From: Desulfobacterales bacterium
GTDB taxonomy: Bacteria > Desulfobacterota > Desulfobacteria > Desulfobacterales > UBA5852
Reading direction: 5' to 3'
Length of the DNA stretch: 64,000 nucleotides
Assembly (NCBI GenBank): GCA_963674755.2
Contig: CAXXVS010000003.1
Span: forward strand, 2,720,001-2,784,000
In this document: in pieces, positions 9,133 to 20,089 of the stretch
Position numbering within the stretch: position 1 is the stretch's first letter
How the letters are laid out: each line of letters starts with the position of its first letter
The notes under the pieces: model-generated
Seen by the model: the letters and a program-made list of their open reading frames with translations, nothing else
Told to the model about the DNA's origin: nothing
Database searches by the model: none
Made by a program: the position numbers and the translations under genes

Positions 9133-10497
9133 TCATCCGTCGGGTGTGCCCTGCGCCAGCGCTACTGCTTCGGCCCGCCGGGGATCGGCCTGCCAGGGCG
9201 CCCAGCTCAACCCTCCGAAATACGATCGCAGGGAACGGTCCAGGCCGGTCAGGGGGCTGCGGTCGATTTTCTTCAACAGGTCGGCCACTTTCCGCCGCTC
9301 CGTGATGATGGCTTCCCGTTTGGCCTCGCAATGGCCTGCGAGCTCTTCGAGGGCGCGTTTCTTGCGGAACTGGTCGTTCAGGATGCCGGCATCTTTACTG
9401 CCTTCCTCGACCCACCCCGTAAAGCCGCGCGGCAGGTCGGCCAGGCCGGTGAGGGTGGAATAGCCGGAAAGGCCCGAAACCACGTCCGTGGGAATGGAAT
9501 TGGACCAGCTGATGTAGTTCTTGAGGATGGACTTGAACACGTTGGCCGAGAGCACATTGCTCAGATCCGCCAGTTCGCCCTGGGCTTTGGCCAGGGCATC
9601 GTTGGTGATGACATATTCTTCCTTCCACTTGCCCATCATGAACTGCAGCCACAGGCGGCGCAGCATGGCATCGTCCGAAGGCAGCCCCCGGAAGGTGATT
9701 TGGGTGGCGCCCTGGCCCTCGTCTACGGTCCGGTGAAGATCTTCGATCTCGGCACGCACCGTGGCGATCTGCCGCCGGGCCAGATCGTATTTCCCGTTTA
9801 GAAGATTGTCGCCGACCTCCACCATATAACGGTCCAGACGTTCGAGGGCGTTGCGCAGGCGGAAGGTTTCGACGCCCGAAGCCAGGATGTAGCGGGAGTC
9901 GAACCAACCCTCGGCGGGCAGGGGGATCCAGTAGTCCAGGACCGCCGGGGCCTCCTTGGGCGGCGGCCGATCGATCCAACGGCATACGGCCGGCTCACCT
10001 TCAAATCCTGGCTGGCAGGTCAGCACCTTCTGCCCGGTGGGGGTGGTCGTCACCCGGGCCTTGATCCGGCCGTCGGGCTGCAGCCGCCCCTCGATCACGC
10101 CTTTGTAAAAGATCCGGACTACCGGTCCTCCGGGAAAATCCTCGCCATAGCCTCCCGGTGGTTCGATGTGGGCCATTTCCGAGATCTGTTCGCCTTTGAA
10201 GATGCCGTTGCGGAAGGTGCCTGTCATTTCGGTGGTCATGACCTGCTGGAGGTTGCCGGCGCCTGAAACGGAAGGCACAACGACCGTCCGTTTCCAGCGG
10301 GCACGGACCTGTCCGCCGTCGAAGCGGTAGATGATCGGCTCCTGTTCCACCTGGGCTGTGTGGACGGCTGGGAAGAGCTCCACGTCAAACTGCTGCGGCA
10401 GCCCGTTTCCGGACGCGGCGGGAATCCAACTTCCCGCAACGCTCCACACCAGAAGCAGGCCGACGATGGCGGGGGTCGGGCTGTGGCGCCATGCCAT
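9133..10497 (-). CDS. Hypothetical exported protein
   Basis: 454 aa ORF with AAGGAG RBS, signal-peptide-like N-terminus, helical C-terminal half; no family recognised. Confidence 0.6.
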   Translation of the reverse strand: MAWRHSPTPAIVGLLLVWSVAGSWIPAASGNGLPQQFDVELFPAVHTAQVEQEPIIYRFDGGQVRARWKRTVVVPSVSGAGNLQQVMTTEMTGTFRNGIFKGEQISEMAHIEPPGGYGEDFPGGPVVRIFYKGVIEGRLQPDGRIKARVTTTPTGQKVLTCQPGFEGEPAVCRWIDRPPPKEAPAVLDYWIPLPAEGWFDSRYILASGVETFRLRNALERLDRYMVEVGDNLLNGKYDLARRQIATVRAEIEDLHRTVDEGQGATQITFRGLPSDDAMLRRLWLQFMMGKWKEEYVITNDALAKAQGELADLSNVLSANVFKSILKNYISWSNSIPTDVVSGLSGYSTLTGLADLPRGFTGWVEEGSKDAGILNDQFRKKRALEELAGHCEAKREAIITERRKVADLLKKIDRSPLTGLDRSLRSYFGGLSWAPWQADPRRAEAVALAQGTPDG

Positions 10498-10761
10498 GGG
10501 CGACTCCTTTCAAAGGGTTATCGTCTATCAGGGCGAAGCTCTTTTTAGTCAAAGAACCCGGGGGCGTCAAGGCAGCGCGTGTTGCTCTCGTCCCAAGCCC
10601 ATTCTGACAATAGGCGTCGGCGGCTGTCGGTGGCCAATCCAATATACACGGTTCATTGGGGTAAAAGTAATGCAAGACCCCATTACAATTATTCCCCTCT
10701 ATTTTAGATCTACTCCGTATCCGCCAGGCGGGGATTTGACCACTGCGGCCTGCCCTGGTGC

Positions 10762-10836
10762 GCGTTTGATGCCGGCCCGTCCATAGCCGGCGGTGTGCCT
10801 CGCACGCCGGACGGGCCGGCATCAAACGCACTTTTT
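10762..10836 (+). terminator. Strong hairpin plus T-tract upstream of cyoA (terminator or attenuator)
   Basis: Perfect 21 bp arms 10762-10782 / 10809-10829 followed by ACTTTTT. Confidence 0.55.
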
Positions 10837-10904
10837 CAGCTTTGGACCGGTCCGCGCAGGGCGGAGCGGTTATGATCAACGGCCATTTCCAACGGAGACA
10901 TCAG

Positions 10905-11867
10905 GTGAAGAACACGTTGCAGCGCATCCGGAACGGACTCGGGGGGCTTGGGGCGGCCGTTTTTATGACCGGCTGCCGCCAAATGCCCCTGCTCGATCCG
11001 AAAGGCCCCATCGGCGAAGCGCAGCGCCATCTCATCATCACAACCTTCGCGCTCATGCTGATCGTGGTCGTGCCCGTTTTCGTCCTGGTATTTTGGTTCA
11101 CACGGAAATACCGGGCCTCCAACAGCAAGGCCACCTACGCGCCGCAATGGGCGTATTCCGCCCCAATCGATAGCGTGATCTGGCTGGTGCCCGTGGTCAT
11201 CGTGATCGCCCTCTCCTATTTCACGTGGACCGGCACCTTTCGGCTGGACCCTTACAAGCCGATCGCGGCGGCGCACGAGCCGCTTCCCATCGAGGTGGTA
11301 TCCCTGGACTGGAAGTGGCTCTTTATCTATCCCGAACAGAATATCGCCGTCGTCAACCAGCTCGTTTTCCCGGCCAACGTGCCGCTGCGGTTCAAGCTTA
11401 CCTCGGACTCGGTGATGACGTCCTTTTTCATCCCCCGGCTGGGCAGCCAGATGTACGCCATGGCGGGGATGCAGACCCAGCTGAATCTCATGGCCGACGA
11501 ACCGGGGGTCTATACCGGGCATAACCAGGAATTCAGCGGCCGCGGTTATGCGGACATGCATTTCAAGGCCATCGCCGCCACACCCGGGGAATTCCAGGCC
11601 TGGCTGGCGAAGGTCCGGCAGTCGTCCGACGTTCTGGATACGGCGCGTTTCGCCCAACTGCGAAAACCCACCACCGCCAACCCGGTCGCCTTTTTCTCCT
11701 CGGTCGAGCCGGCATTGTTCCAACGGATTGTGAGGACCTACAGGGGATGGATGGGACCGATGACCGCCCCGGACCGGCCGGGCACCATGGGCCACGATTC
11801 CGGCCCGATGCCCCCCCAGGCGGCCGATGCCGATCACCCGTCACCTGCGAAGCGGAAGGAAGGCTGA
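10905..11867 (+). CDS. cyoA: Cytochrome bo3 ubiquinol oxidase subunit II
   Basis: Lipobox [40 protein letters not shown]; no CuA cysteines; GTG start after GGAG. Confidence 0.93.
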   Translation: MKNTLQRIRNGLGGLGAAVFMTGCRQMPLLDPKGPIGEAQRHLIITTFALMLIVVVPVFVLVFWFTRKYRASNSKATYAPQWAYSAPIDSVIWLVPVVIVIALSYFTWTGTFRLDPYKPIAAAHEPLPIEVVSLDWKWLFIYPEQNIAVVNQLVFPANVPLRFKLTSDSVMTSFFIPRLGSQMYAMAGMQTQLNLMADEPGVYTGHNQEFSGRGYADMHFKAIAATPGEFQAWLAKVRQSSDVLDTARFAQLRKPTTANPVAFFSSVEPALFQRIVRTYRGWMGPMTAPDRPGTMGHDSGPMPPQAADADHPSPAKRKEG

Positions 11868-11868
11868 G

Positions 11869-13875
11869 ATGTTCGGAAAGTTGACCCTTGCGGCAATCCC
11901 CTATGACCAGCCCATCGTAATGGGTGCGGTGGGCGGCGCCCTGCTGTTGGCCCTGATCATTCTGGGCCTGATTACCTACTACCGGCAATGGCCCTATCTC
12001 TGGCGCGAGTGGCTGACCAGCCTCGACCACAAGAAGATCGGAATCATGTACATCATCCTGGCGCTGATCATGCTCCTCAGGGGGTTTTCCGATGCCATCC
12101 TGATGCGCTCCCAGCAGGCCCTGGCGGTCGGCGCGTCCCAGGGGTACCTGCCGCCCCAGCATTTTGATCAGATCTTCGGGGCCCACGGTACGATCATGAT
12201 CGTGTTCATGGCCATGCCTTTTTTGACCGGCCTGATGAATATCATCGTGCCCCAGCAGATCGGGGCTCGCGACGTGGCCTTTCCGTTCCTGAACGCCGTC
12301 AGCCTCTGGCTCAGCGTGGCCGGCGCGCTGCTGGTGATGGTGTCCCTGGGGGTGGGTGAATTTTCAAGGACCGGCTGGTCCGGCATCGCCCCGCTTTTCG
12401 AAACCCAATACAATCCGGGTACCGGGGTCGACTACTGGATGTGGGCCTTCCAGGTGGCCGGCATCGGTTCCACCCTGACCGGCATCAATTTCCTCGTCAC
12501 CATTCTGAAGCTGCGTGCGCCGGGCATGACCCTGATGCGCATGCCGCTGTTCGTCTGGACCGCCCTGACCACCAATGTCCTCATGATCCTGGCCTTCCCC
12601 CCCCTGACCGTGGCCTTTGCCCTGCTGGCGCTGGATCGCTACCTGGGCATGCATTTCTTCACCAACGCCCTGGGGGGCAACATGATGATGTGGAACAATC
12701 TCTTCTGGATCTGGGGCCACCCCGAGGTCTACATCGTGATCCTGCCCGCCTTCGGGATTTTCTCGGAGGTGGTGGCCACTTTCTCGGGCAAGCGGCTTTT
12801 CGGTTACGAGTCCCTGGTCTATGCCACGGCGGCGATCATGATTCTGTCCTTTACCGTCTGGCTGCATCATTTTTTCACCATGGGCAACTCGCCCGGCGTG
12901 AATACTTTTTTCGGCATCACCACCATGATGATCGCCATCCCCACCGGGGTGAAGGTCTACGACTGGCTCTTTACCATGTACCGCGGCCGCATCCGCTTCA
13001 CCACCCCCATGTACTGGACCCTGGGGTTTCTCACGACCTTTGTCATCGGCGGCATGACCGGTGTGCTGATGGCGCTGCCCCCGGCCGACTATGTGGTCCA
13101 CAACAGCCTTTTTCTCATCGCCCATTTCCACAACATGCTGATTCCGGGGGCCGTGTTCGGCTATTTCGCGGGCTATGCCTACTGGTTTCCCAAGGCGGTC
13201 GGATTCCGCCTGGACGAAACCTGGGGCAAGCGCGCCTTCTGGTGCTGGTTCATCGGCTTCTACCTGGCCTTTGCGCCCCTTTACATCCTAGGGTTCATGG
13301 GCATGCCGCGACGCATGGAACACTATTGGAATCCGGCCTGGCAACCGTATCTGATCATCGCGGCGGCCGGCACCGCCCTGATCCTGGCGGGCATCGTCAT
13401 GCAGGGCATTCAGTTGGTGGTGAGCATCCGCCACCGGCACGCCAACCGGGACCTGACCGGCGACCCCTGGGACGGGCGCACTCTGGAGTGGACCACGGCC
13501 TCGCCCCCGGCGGTCTACAATTTCGCCGTGCTGCCCCGGGTGGAAGACATCGATGCCTTGACGCACATGAAAGCTACCGGCCGGGCCAACACGCTGCCCG
13601 AGCGGTTCGAAGACATTCCGATACCGAACAACAGCGCCGTCGGCTTTTTCATCGGCATCCTGGCCTTTTTGTTCGGATTCGCGATGGTCTGGTATATCTG
13701 GTGGCTGACCATGGCCAGTGCCCTGGGCATCCTATTGTTGATCATCATCCGCTCGGTGGACGACGATACCGAAACCGTCATCCCCGCCAGCGAGGTGCAA
13801 CGCATGGAAGCCGTGCGCCATCGGCAGGCGAGGCCGGCGCTGCGGCCGTTGCCGGCTGGCGGAACGATGTCCTAA
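11869..13875 (+). CDS. cyoB: Cytochrome bo3 ubiquinol oxidase subunit I
   Basis: DHKKIG, WGHPEVY, VWLHHFF, AHFH; quinol-site residues LLRGFSD...HFDQ. Confidence 0.97.
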   Translation: MFGKLTLAAIPYDQPIVMGAVGGALLLALIILGLITYYRQWPYLWREWLTSLDHKKIGIMYIILALIMLLRGFSDAILMRSQQALAVGASQGYLPPQHFDQIFGAHGTIMIVFMAMPFLTGLMNIIVPQQIGARDVAFPFLNAVSLWLSVAGALLVMVSLGVGEFSRTGWSGIAPLFETQYNPGTGVDYWMWAFQVAGIGSTLTGINFLVTILKLRAPGMTLMRMPLFVWTALTTNVLMILAFPPLTVAFALLALDRYLGMHFFTNALGGNMMMWNNLFWIWGHPEVYIVILPAFGIFSEVVATFSGKRLFGYESLVYATAAIMILSFTVWLHHFFTMGNSPGVNTFFGITTMMIAIPTGVKVYDWLFTMYRGRIRFTTPMYWTLGFLTTFVIGGMTGVLMALPPADYVVHNSLFLIAHFHNMLIPGAVFGYFAGYAYWFPKAVGFRLDETWGKRAFWCWFIGFYLAFAPLYILGFMGMPRRMEHYWNPAWQPYLIIAAAGTALILAGIVMQGIQLVVSIRHRHANRDLTGDPWDGRTLEWTTASPPAVYNFAVLPRVEDIDALTHMKATGRANTLPERFEDIPIPNNSAVGFFIGILAFLFGFAMVWYIWWLTMASALGILLLIIIRSVDDDTETVIPASEVQRMEAVRHRQARPALRPLPAGGTMS

Positions 13876-13896
13876 TCAATACCGGAGACGACTATC

Positions 13897-14508
13897 ATGA
13901 CCGCCCAGGCCCTCCGCCACGCTGTTCCGCTCGAAGTCGCGGAAAACCACCATGCCGTAGAACTCCAGACCTTCGGTTTCTGGATCTACCTCATGAGCGA
14001 CCTGGTTCTTTTTGCGACCCTCTTCGCGACCTTCGGCGTCATCGGACCGAACACCGCCGGCGGCCCTACGGGAAAAGAGCTGTTCGATCTGCCTTATCTG
14101 TTCGGCGAAACCCTATTTCTGCTGTTCAGCAGCGGCACCTATGGCATGGCGGTCCTGGCCCTGCACGATGATAAGCGGGGTCAGGTGCTCCTGTGGCTGG
14201 GCATCACCTTTTTGCTGGGTCTGGGATTCGTGTCCATGGAGATCAATGAATTCCACGGCCTGATCGCGGCGGGCCACGGACCCCAGCGCAGCGGCTTTCT
14301 GTCGGCCTTTTTTACCCTGGTGGGAACCCACGGCGCCCATGTGACCAGCGGTCTGATCTGGATGGCGGTCATGATCGGCCAGGTCCTCACCAAAGGCCTG
14401 ACGACACCGGTCCGTTCGCGGCTGATGCGTCTGAGCATGTTCTGGCACTTTTTGGATATCGTCTGGATCGGGGTCTTCTCCTTGGTCTATCTGATGGGAG
14501 TCGTGTAA
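13897..14508 (+). CDS. cyoC: Cytochrome bo3 ubiquinol oxidase subunit III
   Basis: [27 protein letters not shown]. Confidence 0.95.
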   Translation: MTAQALRHAVPLEVAENHHAVELQTFGFWIYLMSDLVLFATLFATFGVIGPNTAGGPTGKELFDLPYLFGETLFLLFSSGTYGMAVLALHDDKRGQVLLWLGITFLLGLGFVSMEINEFHGLIAAGHGPQRSGFLSAFFTLVGTHGAHVTSGLIWMAVMIGQVLTKGLTTPVRSRLMRLSMFWHFLDIVWIGVFSLVYLMGVV

Positions 14509-14838
14509 ATGAAGCAGGCACATACCGACAGCACCACCGGCGCCGACCAGGGCAGCCTCAAAAGTTACGGCACCGGATTCATTCTGGCCATCGTATTGAC
14601 GGTGATCCCCTTTGCGCTGGTCATGAGCGGCGTCGTGTCCCGCAGCGTCGCCATTGGGGGGATCTGCGCCGCGGGCGTCGTACAGATTGTGGTTCACCTG
14701 CACTACTTCCTGCATCTGGACACCTCTTCGGAAGAGCGCTGGAACGTAATGGCGCTGCTGTTCACCCTGTTGATCATGGCCATTTTTGTCGTCGGCACCC
14801 TTTGGGTCATGGTTACCTTGAACAGCCGCATGATGTGA
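14509..14838 (+). CDS. cyoD: Cytochrome bo3 ubiquinol oxidase subunit IV
   Basis: [25 protein letters not shown]. Confidence 0.93.
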   Translation: MKQAHTDSTTGADQGSLKSYGTGFILAIVLTVIPFALVMSGVVSRSVAIGGICAAGVVQIVVHLHYFLHLDTSSEERWNVMALLFTLLIMAIFVVGTLWVMVTLNSRMM

Positions 14839-14840
14839 CC

Positions 14841-15710
14841 ATGAACGAGACGCTGGGAAATTTCTGGCGCGTTGCCAAACCGGGAATCGTTTTGGGAAAT
14901 CTGGTTTCCGCTGCGGGCGGTTTCTGCCTGGCATCCCGGGGACGTATCGACGCTGCGCTTTTACTGGCCACCCTGACCGGCATCGCCCTTACGGTGGCGG
15001 CCGGTTGCGTCCTGAACAATTGCATCGATCGCAACCTGGACCGGAAGATGTCCCGCACCTGCGGCCGTGCTCTCGCCCGGGGGACGCTATCCCTGCCAAG
15101 CGCCGTCGGCTACGCCCTGCTGCTGGCCGTCGCCGGGATCGCCCTGCTGGGGGCCGTCACGAACCCGTTATGCAGCGGCCTGGTGCTGGCCGGGTTGACG
15201 ATCTATGTGGGCGTGTACAGTCTTTACCTGAAACGGCGTTCCCTCTACGCCGCCTTGATCGGCAGTCTGGCCGGGGCGGCGCCTCCGCTGGCCGGCTATT
15301 GCGCCATCACCAACCGGTTCGATCCGGGCGCCGGGATCCTGCTGCTGATGTTTGTGTTGTGGCAAATGCCCCATTGTTACGCCTTGGCGATTTTTCGCCT
15401 GGAGGATTACGCCGCCGCCGGAATCCCGGTGGCGCCGGTGCGGTTGGGGGTTCCGGCCACCAAACGGCATATTGTCGGTTATATCGCCGCCTTTGTGGTG
15501 GCCACATGGCTGCTGACCTTCGGCGGCTACACCGGTTACGGCTATCTGGGGGTCGCCGTGGTTTTGGGCGCCGGCTGGCTGAGCCTGGCCTGGTGGGGTT
15601 TCAAGGCGGCCGACGACGGCCGCTGGGCCAGGCGCTTGTTTGTCTTCTCATTTGTCTGCATCGCAGCCCTGAGCGTCATGATGGCGATCGATCCGGCCAT
15701 GCCCGTTTAG
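14841..15710 (+). CDS. cyoE: Protoheme IX farnesyltransferase (heme o synthase)
   Basis: [25 protein letters not shown]. Confidence 0.93.
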   Translation: MNETLGNFWRVAKPGIVLGNLVSAAGGFCLASRGRIDAALLLATLTGIALTVAAGCVLNNCIDRNLDRKMSRTCGRALARGTLSLPSAVGYALLLAVAGIALLGAVTNPLCSGLVLAGLTIYVGVYSLYLKRRSLYAALIGSLAGAAPPLAGYCAITNRFDPGAGILLLMFVLWQMPHCYALAIFRLEDYAAAGIPVAPVRLGVPATKRHIVGYIAAFVVATWLLTFGGYTGYGYLGVAVVLGAGWLSLAWWGFKAADDGRWARRLFVFSFVCIAALSVMMAIDPAMPV

Positions 15711-15770
15711 GATCGGATCAGATGGGGCGGATGGAGCGGGATGCCGGCACATGACGATCGGACCATCGCG

Positions 15771-15791
15771 GATGAAACGGTGATGAAACGG
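15771..15791 (+). promoter_or_regulatory. Direct repeat GATGAAACGG x2 (11 bp period), candidate regulator site upstream of the P-type ATPase
   Basis: gatgaaacgg t gatgaaacgg. Confidence 0.35.
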
Positions 15792-15893
15792 AAATGCCTT
15801 AGGACCGGCTTCATCATGCGGTCACGCCGACCCACAGGCGGTGCTACGAATGGCGAATGAATCTTCGGAATACGCGATAAAAGGAGAATGACA

Positions 15894-18422
15894 ATGGCGA
15901 TGTCTCAAACGGTCGATTCGCCATCCGGCGCGGACGCACCGGATTGGGCCAGCGTCAGCCTGGAGGAGGCCCTGACCAAGCTGGATAGCGCGATGGAGGG
16001 GCTCGACCCGGCGGAAGCCCGCCGGCGCTTGCAGCAGCATGGCCCCAATGCCCTGGCGGAAAAGAAAGTAAACCCCCTCGGACAGTTTTTCTCCTACTTC
16101 TGGGGGCCGATTCCGTGGATGATCGAGATCGCCGCCATCCTCTCGGCTCTGGTTAAGCACTGGCCCGATCTGGTGATCATCCTTCTGCTGCTGCTGTTCA
16201 ATGCGGCGGTGGGCTTCTGGCAGGAACACCAGGCGGCCAACGCGGTGGAGGCCCTGAAGAAGCAGCTTGCCCTGAAAGCCCGGGTCCGGCGCGGGGGACA
16301 ATGGGATGAAGCCGAGGCCGTCGATCTGGTCCCGGGGGATATCATCCGTCTGCGCCTGGGAGACATCATCCCGGCCGACGTCAAGCTGGCCGAAGGCGAG
16401 TATCTGAGCGTGGACCAGTCGGCCCTGACCGGCGAGTCCCTGCCGGTCAACAAGAAGACCGGCGATGTGGCCTATTCCGGTTCGGTGGCCAAGCAGGGCG
16501 AGATGGTCGCCCTGGTCACGGCCACCGGGGCCGAGACCTTTTTCGGCAAGACCGCCGAGCTGGTCTCGGAAGCCCAATCCGTATCGCATTTCCAGAAAGC
16601 GGTGCTGCACATCGGCGACTACCTGATCTATCTGAGCCTGGGGCTGGCCGCGATCCTGCTCCTGGTACAGCTTTTCCGGGGGCTGCCGATCCTCACCCTG
16701 GTCCAGTTCACCCTGATCCTGGTGGTGGCCGCCATTCCGGTGGCCATGCCGGCGGTGCTCTCCGTGACCATGGCGATCGGCGCCCGGGCCCTGGCCCGGA
16801 GGAAGGCCATCGTGACCCGTCTGGAGTCCATCGAAGAGATGGCCGGCATGGACATTTTGTGCTCGGACAAGACCGGCACCCTGACCCAGAACAAATTGCG
16901 GCTGGGTGAGGCGGTGCTCTTCAGCGCCCCGGACGCCCAGGCGGTCATTCGGGCCGCCGCCCTGGCTTCCAAGGCCGAGGACCGGGATGCCATCGACCTG
17001 GCGGTGCTGGGCGGGCTGCCGGGCCAACAGGACCTGGCCGATTTCCGCCAGGAGAAGTTTATCCCCTTCGATCCCATCGGCAAACGCACCGAAGCATGGA
17101 TCGCCGATGGCCAGGGTCGCACCTTCCGGGTGACCAAAGGCGCTCCCCAGGTGGTGATGGGAATGAGCGGCCTTACGCCCGAAGACCAGGCACGGGCCGA
17201 AACAGCGGTCAACGACCTGGCGGCCAAAGGCTACCGAACCCTGGGGGTGGCCCGCTCCGAGGACGGCGACACCTGGCAGTTCCTGGGGATTCTGCCGCTC
17301 TTCGATCCCCCCCGGGAAGATTCGGCCGAGACCATCAAACAGGCCGGCGCGCATGGCGTGCGCGTCAAAATGGTCACCGGCGACAACACGGCCATCGCCG
17401 CGGAGATTGCCGGCCAGCTCGGCCTGGGCAAGCATATCCAGCCGGCCGAGGCGTTTTTCGGGGACCAGGCCGGTCCGCAGCCCGCCTTGGCCCAGACCAT
17501 GGCCATCGAGGCGGCGGACGGCTTCGCCCAGGTCTTCCCGGAACACAAGTATAAGATTGTCAAAGCCCTGCAGTCCGAGGGCCACATCGTCGGTATGACC
17601 GGCGACGGGGTCAACGACGCCCCGGCCCTCAAACAGGCCGATACCGGCATCGCGGTCAGCGGGGCCACGGACGCCGCCCGGGCCGCCGCGGACCTCGTTC
17701 TCACCGAGCCCGGTCTGTCGGTCATCGTGCGGGCCGTGGAAGAGGCGCGCAAGATCTTCGAGCGGATGAACAGCTACGCCATCTATCGCATCACCGAAAC
17801 CATCCGCATCATGTTCTTCGTGGTGCTGGCGATGATCGTGTTCGATTTCTACCCCATCACCGCCATCATGATTATCTTGCTGGCCTTCTTCAACGATGTC
17901 CCGATCATGGCCATCGCCTACGACAACACCTGGCTGGACCCCGAACCGGTGCGCTGGGATATGCACCGCGTCTTCACCGTCTCCACCGTGCTGGGCCTGA
18001 TCGGGGTCTTCGAGACCTTCGGCCTTTTGCTGATCGCCCGGATGTGGCTCAAACTGGACGACAGCCAGATTCAGACCTTTATCTTCCTCAAACTAGCGGT
18101 CGCCGGCCACCTGACCCTGTTTGTCGCCCGCACCCGGCGGTCCTTCCTGACCCGTCCCTTTCCGGCCGGGGTGTTGTTGTGGTCTGCGATTATCACCAAG
18201 CTGCTGGCCACCCTGCTGGTCGCCTACGGACTGGGGCTGGTAGCGCCCATTTCCTGGGCCAACATCGGGTTGATCTGGGGCTACTGCCTGGTCTGGGTCT
18301 TCATCGAGGACTGGGCCAAACTGAACGTTTATTGCCACCTGAACTTGAGCCATCCGCGGCATCAGTCATTCTTGCAGCGCGTCAAGACGACCGTGATGCC
18401 CCGCGGATGCGGTCGCGGATAG
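15894..18422 (+). CDS. Plasma-membrane proton-efflux P-type ATPase (type IIIA, Pma1-like)
   Basis: FWGPIPWMIE, TGES, IPVAMP, CSDKTGTLT, GDGVNDAPALK, YRITETIR, NDVPIMAIAYD. Confidence 0.92.
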   Translation: MAMSQTVDSPSGADAPDWASVSLEEALTKLDSAMEGLDPAEARRRLQQHGPNALAEKKVNPLGQFFSYFWGPIPWMIEIAAILSALVKHWPDLVIILLLLLFNAAVGFWQEHQAANAVEALKKQLALKARVRRGGQWDEAEAVDLVPGDIIRLRLGDIIPADVKLAEGEYLSVDQSALTGESLPVNKKTGDVAYSGSVAKQGEMVALVTATGAETFFGKTAELVSEAQSVSHFQKAVLHIGDYLIYLSLGLAAILLLVQLFRGLPILTLVQFTLILVVAAIPVAMPAVLSVTMAIGARALARRKAIVTRLESIEEMAGMDILCSDKTGTLTQNKLRLGEAVLFSAPDAQAVIRAAALASKAEDRDAIDLAVLGGLPGQQDLADFRQEKFIPFDPIGKRTEAWIADGQGRTFRVTKGAPQVVMGMSGLTPEDQARAETAVNDLAAKGYRTLGVARSEDGDTWQFLGILPLFDPPREDSAETIKQAGAHGVRVKMVTGDNTAIAAEIAGQLGLGKHIQPAEAFFGDQAGPQPALAQTMAIEAADGFAQVFPEHKYKIVKALQSEGHIVGMTGDGVNDAPALKQADTGIAVSGATDAARAAADLVLTEPGLSVIVRAVEEARKIFERMNSYAIYRITETIRIMFFVVLAMIVFDFYPITAIMIILLAFFNDVPIMAIAYDNTWLDPEPVRWDMHRVFTVSTVLGLIGVFETFGLLLIARMWLKLDDSQIQTFIFLKLAVAGHLTLFVARTRRSFLTRPFPAGVLLWSAIITKLLATLLVAYGLGLVAPISWANIGLIWGYCLVWVFIEDWAKLNVYCHLNLSHPRHQSFLQRVKTTVMPRGCGRG

Positions 18423-18458
18423 GGGCCGGTACGCCCTATCGGCCGGGAAAGGAAGGTC

Positions 18459-18647
18459 GTGATGGTATCGAATTGCGAACAACGGCTGCGGGGTCGAAAA
18501 CCCGGGGCTGTGTTGGGCCTGATCATCGTGGCCGGTTTTCTCTTTCTTCTCTTGGCGAATTGCGCCACCTGGCGGGAACACGAGACGCTTCAGACGGAAC
18601 GCCTACTGTCCGCGGCGGGCTTCCAGCCGCGGTTGGCCGAATGTTGA
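18459..18647 (+). CDS. Small hypothetical lipoprotein-like ORF, possibly truncated
   Basis: Hydrophobic stretch with LANC lipobox-like motif, then TERLLSAAGF; ends abruptly. Confidence 0.35.
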   Translation: MMVSNCEQRLRGRKPGAVLGLIIVAGFLFLLLANCATWREHETLQTERLLSAAGFQPRLAEC

Positions 18648-18699
18648 GGGGCCAATAAGGCTGTAAAAGCGTCCTGCTGTATCGAAAGGAATTACCGAA

Positions 18700-19995
18700 A
18701 TGCGTACGACCATTAGCAAATTGCAGGCTCGTGAAATCCTTGATTCGCGCGGCAATCCCACCGTGGAGGTGGAGTGCCGTCTGACGGATGGAACCTGGGC
18801 CCGCGCAGCCGTCCCCTCGGGGGCGTCAACAGGTGTTCACGAGGCCGTGGAGTTGCGCGATGGCGACCCGCAGCGTTTCGGCGGCAAGGGGGTGCGACAG
18901 GCGGTGCGCAATGTCACCGAGCGCATCGCGCCGGTGGTCTGCGGCATGGACGCCCGCCGGCAGTCCGCCGTCGATCAGGCCATGATCGATCTGGACGGCA
19001 CCCTCAACAAAGCCGCTCTGGGCGCCAATGCCATCCTCGGGGTTTCGCTGGCCGTTGCCCGAGCTGCGGCCGCCGCGGCCGACCTGCCGTTATACCAGTA
19101 TCTTGGTGGGCCGGGGGCCGTGCGTCTGCCGGTGCCGCTGATGAACATTTTAAACGGCGGAGTGCATGCCCACTGGCAGGGCGCTGATTTTCAAGAATAC
19201 ATGATCGCCCCTTACGGGGCGGACAGCTTTCGTCAGGCCCTGCAATGGGGTAGTGAAATTTACCATGCCCTGCAGTCCCTGCTGCGGGAAAAAGGCTACC
19301 GGATCGGGGTGGGGGACGAGGGCGGCTTCGCCCCGGAGGTCGCTTCCAACGAGGAACCGCTGACTTTGATCATCCGTGGCATCGAGACGGCCGGACTAAA
19401 GCCCGGAACGGATGTCGGTCTGGGCATGGATCCGGCCTCCAGCGGCTTTTTCGAAAACGGCCGCTACCATTTGCGTACCGAAAAGCGGGACCTCACGGCC
19501 GAAGAAATGACAGATTACTACCGGCAGTTGGTCAAGAACTATCCGCTGGTTTTGTTGGAGGACGGGCTGGCCGAGGACGACTGGGAGGGCTGGCGCCATC
19601 TCAATGCGACCATCGGGGAGGGGATCGAACTGGTGGGCGATGATATTTTCGTAACGAATGTGACGCGCATCCAGCGGGGCATCGAGGAACATTCGGCCAA
19701 CAGCGTGCTGATCAAACTCAACCAGATCGGCACCCTGAGCGAAACCGTGGCCGCCGTTCGGCTGGCCCGCAACGCCGGCTGGGGCGCGTTTGTTTCCCAC
19801 CGCAGCGGTGAAACCGTGGACAGTTTTATTGCCGACATGACCGTGGCTTTGGATACCGGTCATCTTAAGACCGGGGCCCCCTGCCGCGGCGAGCGGGTGG
19901 AGAAATATAACCAGCTGTTGCGTATCGAAGAATCCCTGGGGGATGCCGCCGTTTACGCCGGGCGCCAGGCTTTTGTCCGCCCGGTGCGATTTTGA
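18700..19995 (+). CDS. eno: Enolase
   Basis: [36 protein letters not shown]. Confidence 0.97.
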   Translation: MRTTISKLQAREILDSRGNPTVEVECRLTDGTWARAAVPSGASTGVHEAVELRDGDPQRFGGKGVRQAVRNVTERIAPVVCGMDARRQSAVDQAMIDLDGTLNKAALGANAILGVSLAVARAAAAAADLPLYQYLGGPGAVRLPVPLMNILNGGVHAHWQGADFQEYMIAPYGADSFRQALQWGSEIYHALQSLLREKGYRIGVGDEGGFAPEVASNEEPLTLIIRGIETAGLKPGTDVGLGMDPASSGFFENGRYHLRTEKRDLTAEEMTDYYRQLVKNYPLVLLEDGLAEDDWEGWRHLNATIGEGIELVGDDIFVTNVTRIQRGIEEHSANSVLIKLNQIGTLSETVAAVRLARNAGWGAFVSHRSGETVDSFIADMTVALDTGHLKTGAPCRGERVEKYNQLLRIEESLGDAAVYAGRQAFVRPVRF

Positions 19996-20089
19996 AAACA
20001 GATTTTCCCATCGGGAATGTCAATGAGATGCATGCGTTCGCCTTGCCCGGGGCGGATTGATCGCATGGCGTAAACAAAGGAAAATAGCG

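Noticed and set aside
18645..18658. Possible Sec read-through at the C-UGA ending the 18459 ORF
   Set aside because: A TAA follows within a few codons and no conserved motif or SECIS-like hairpin is evident
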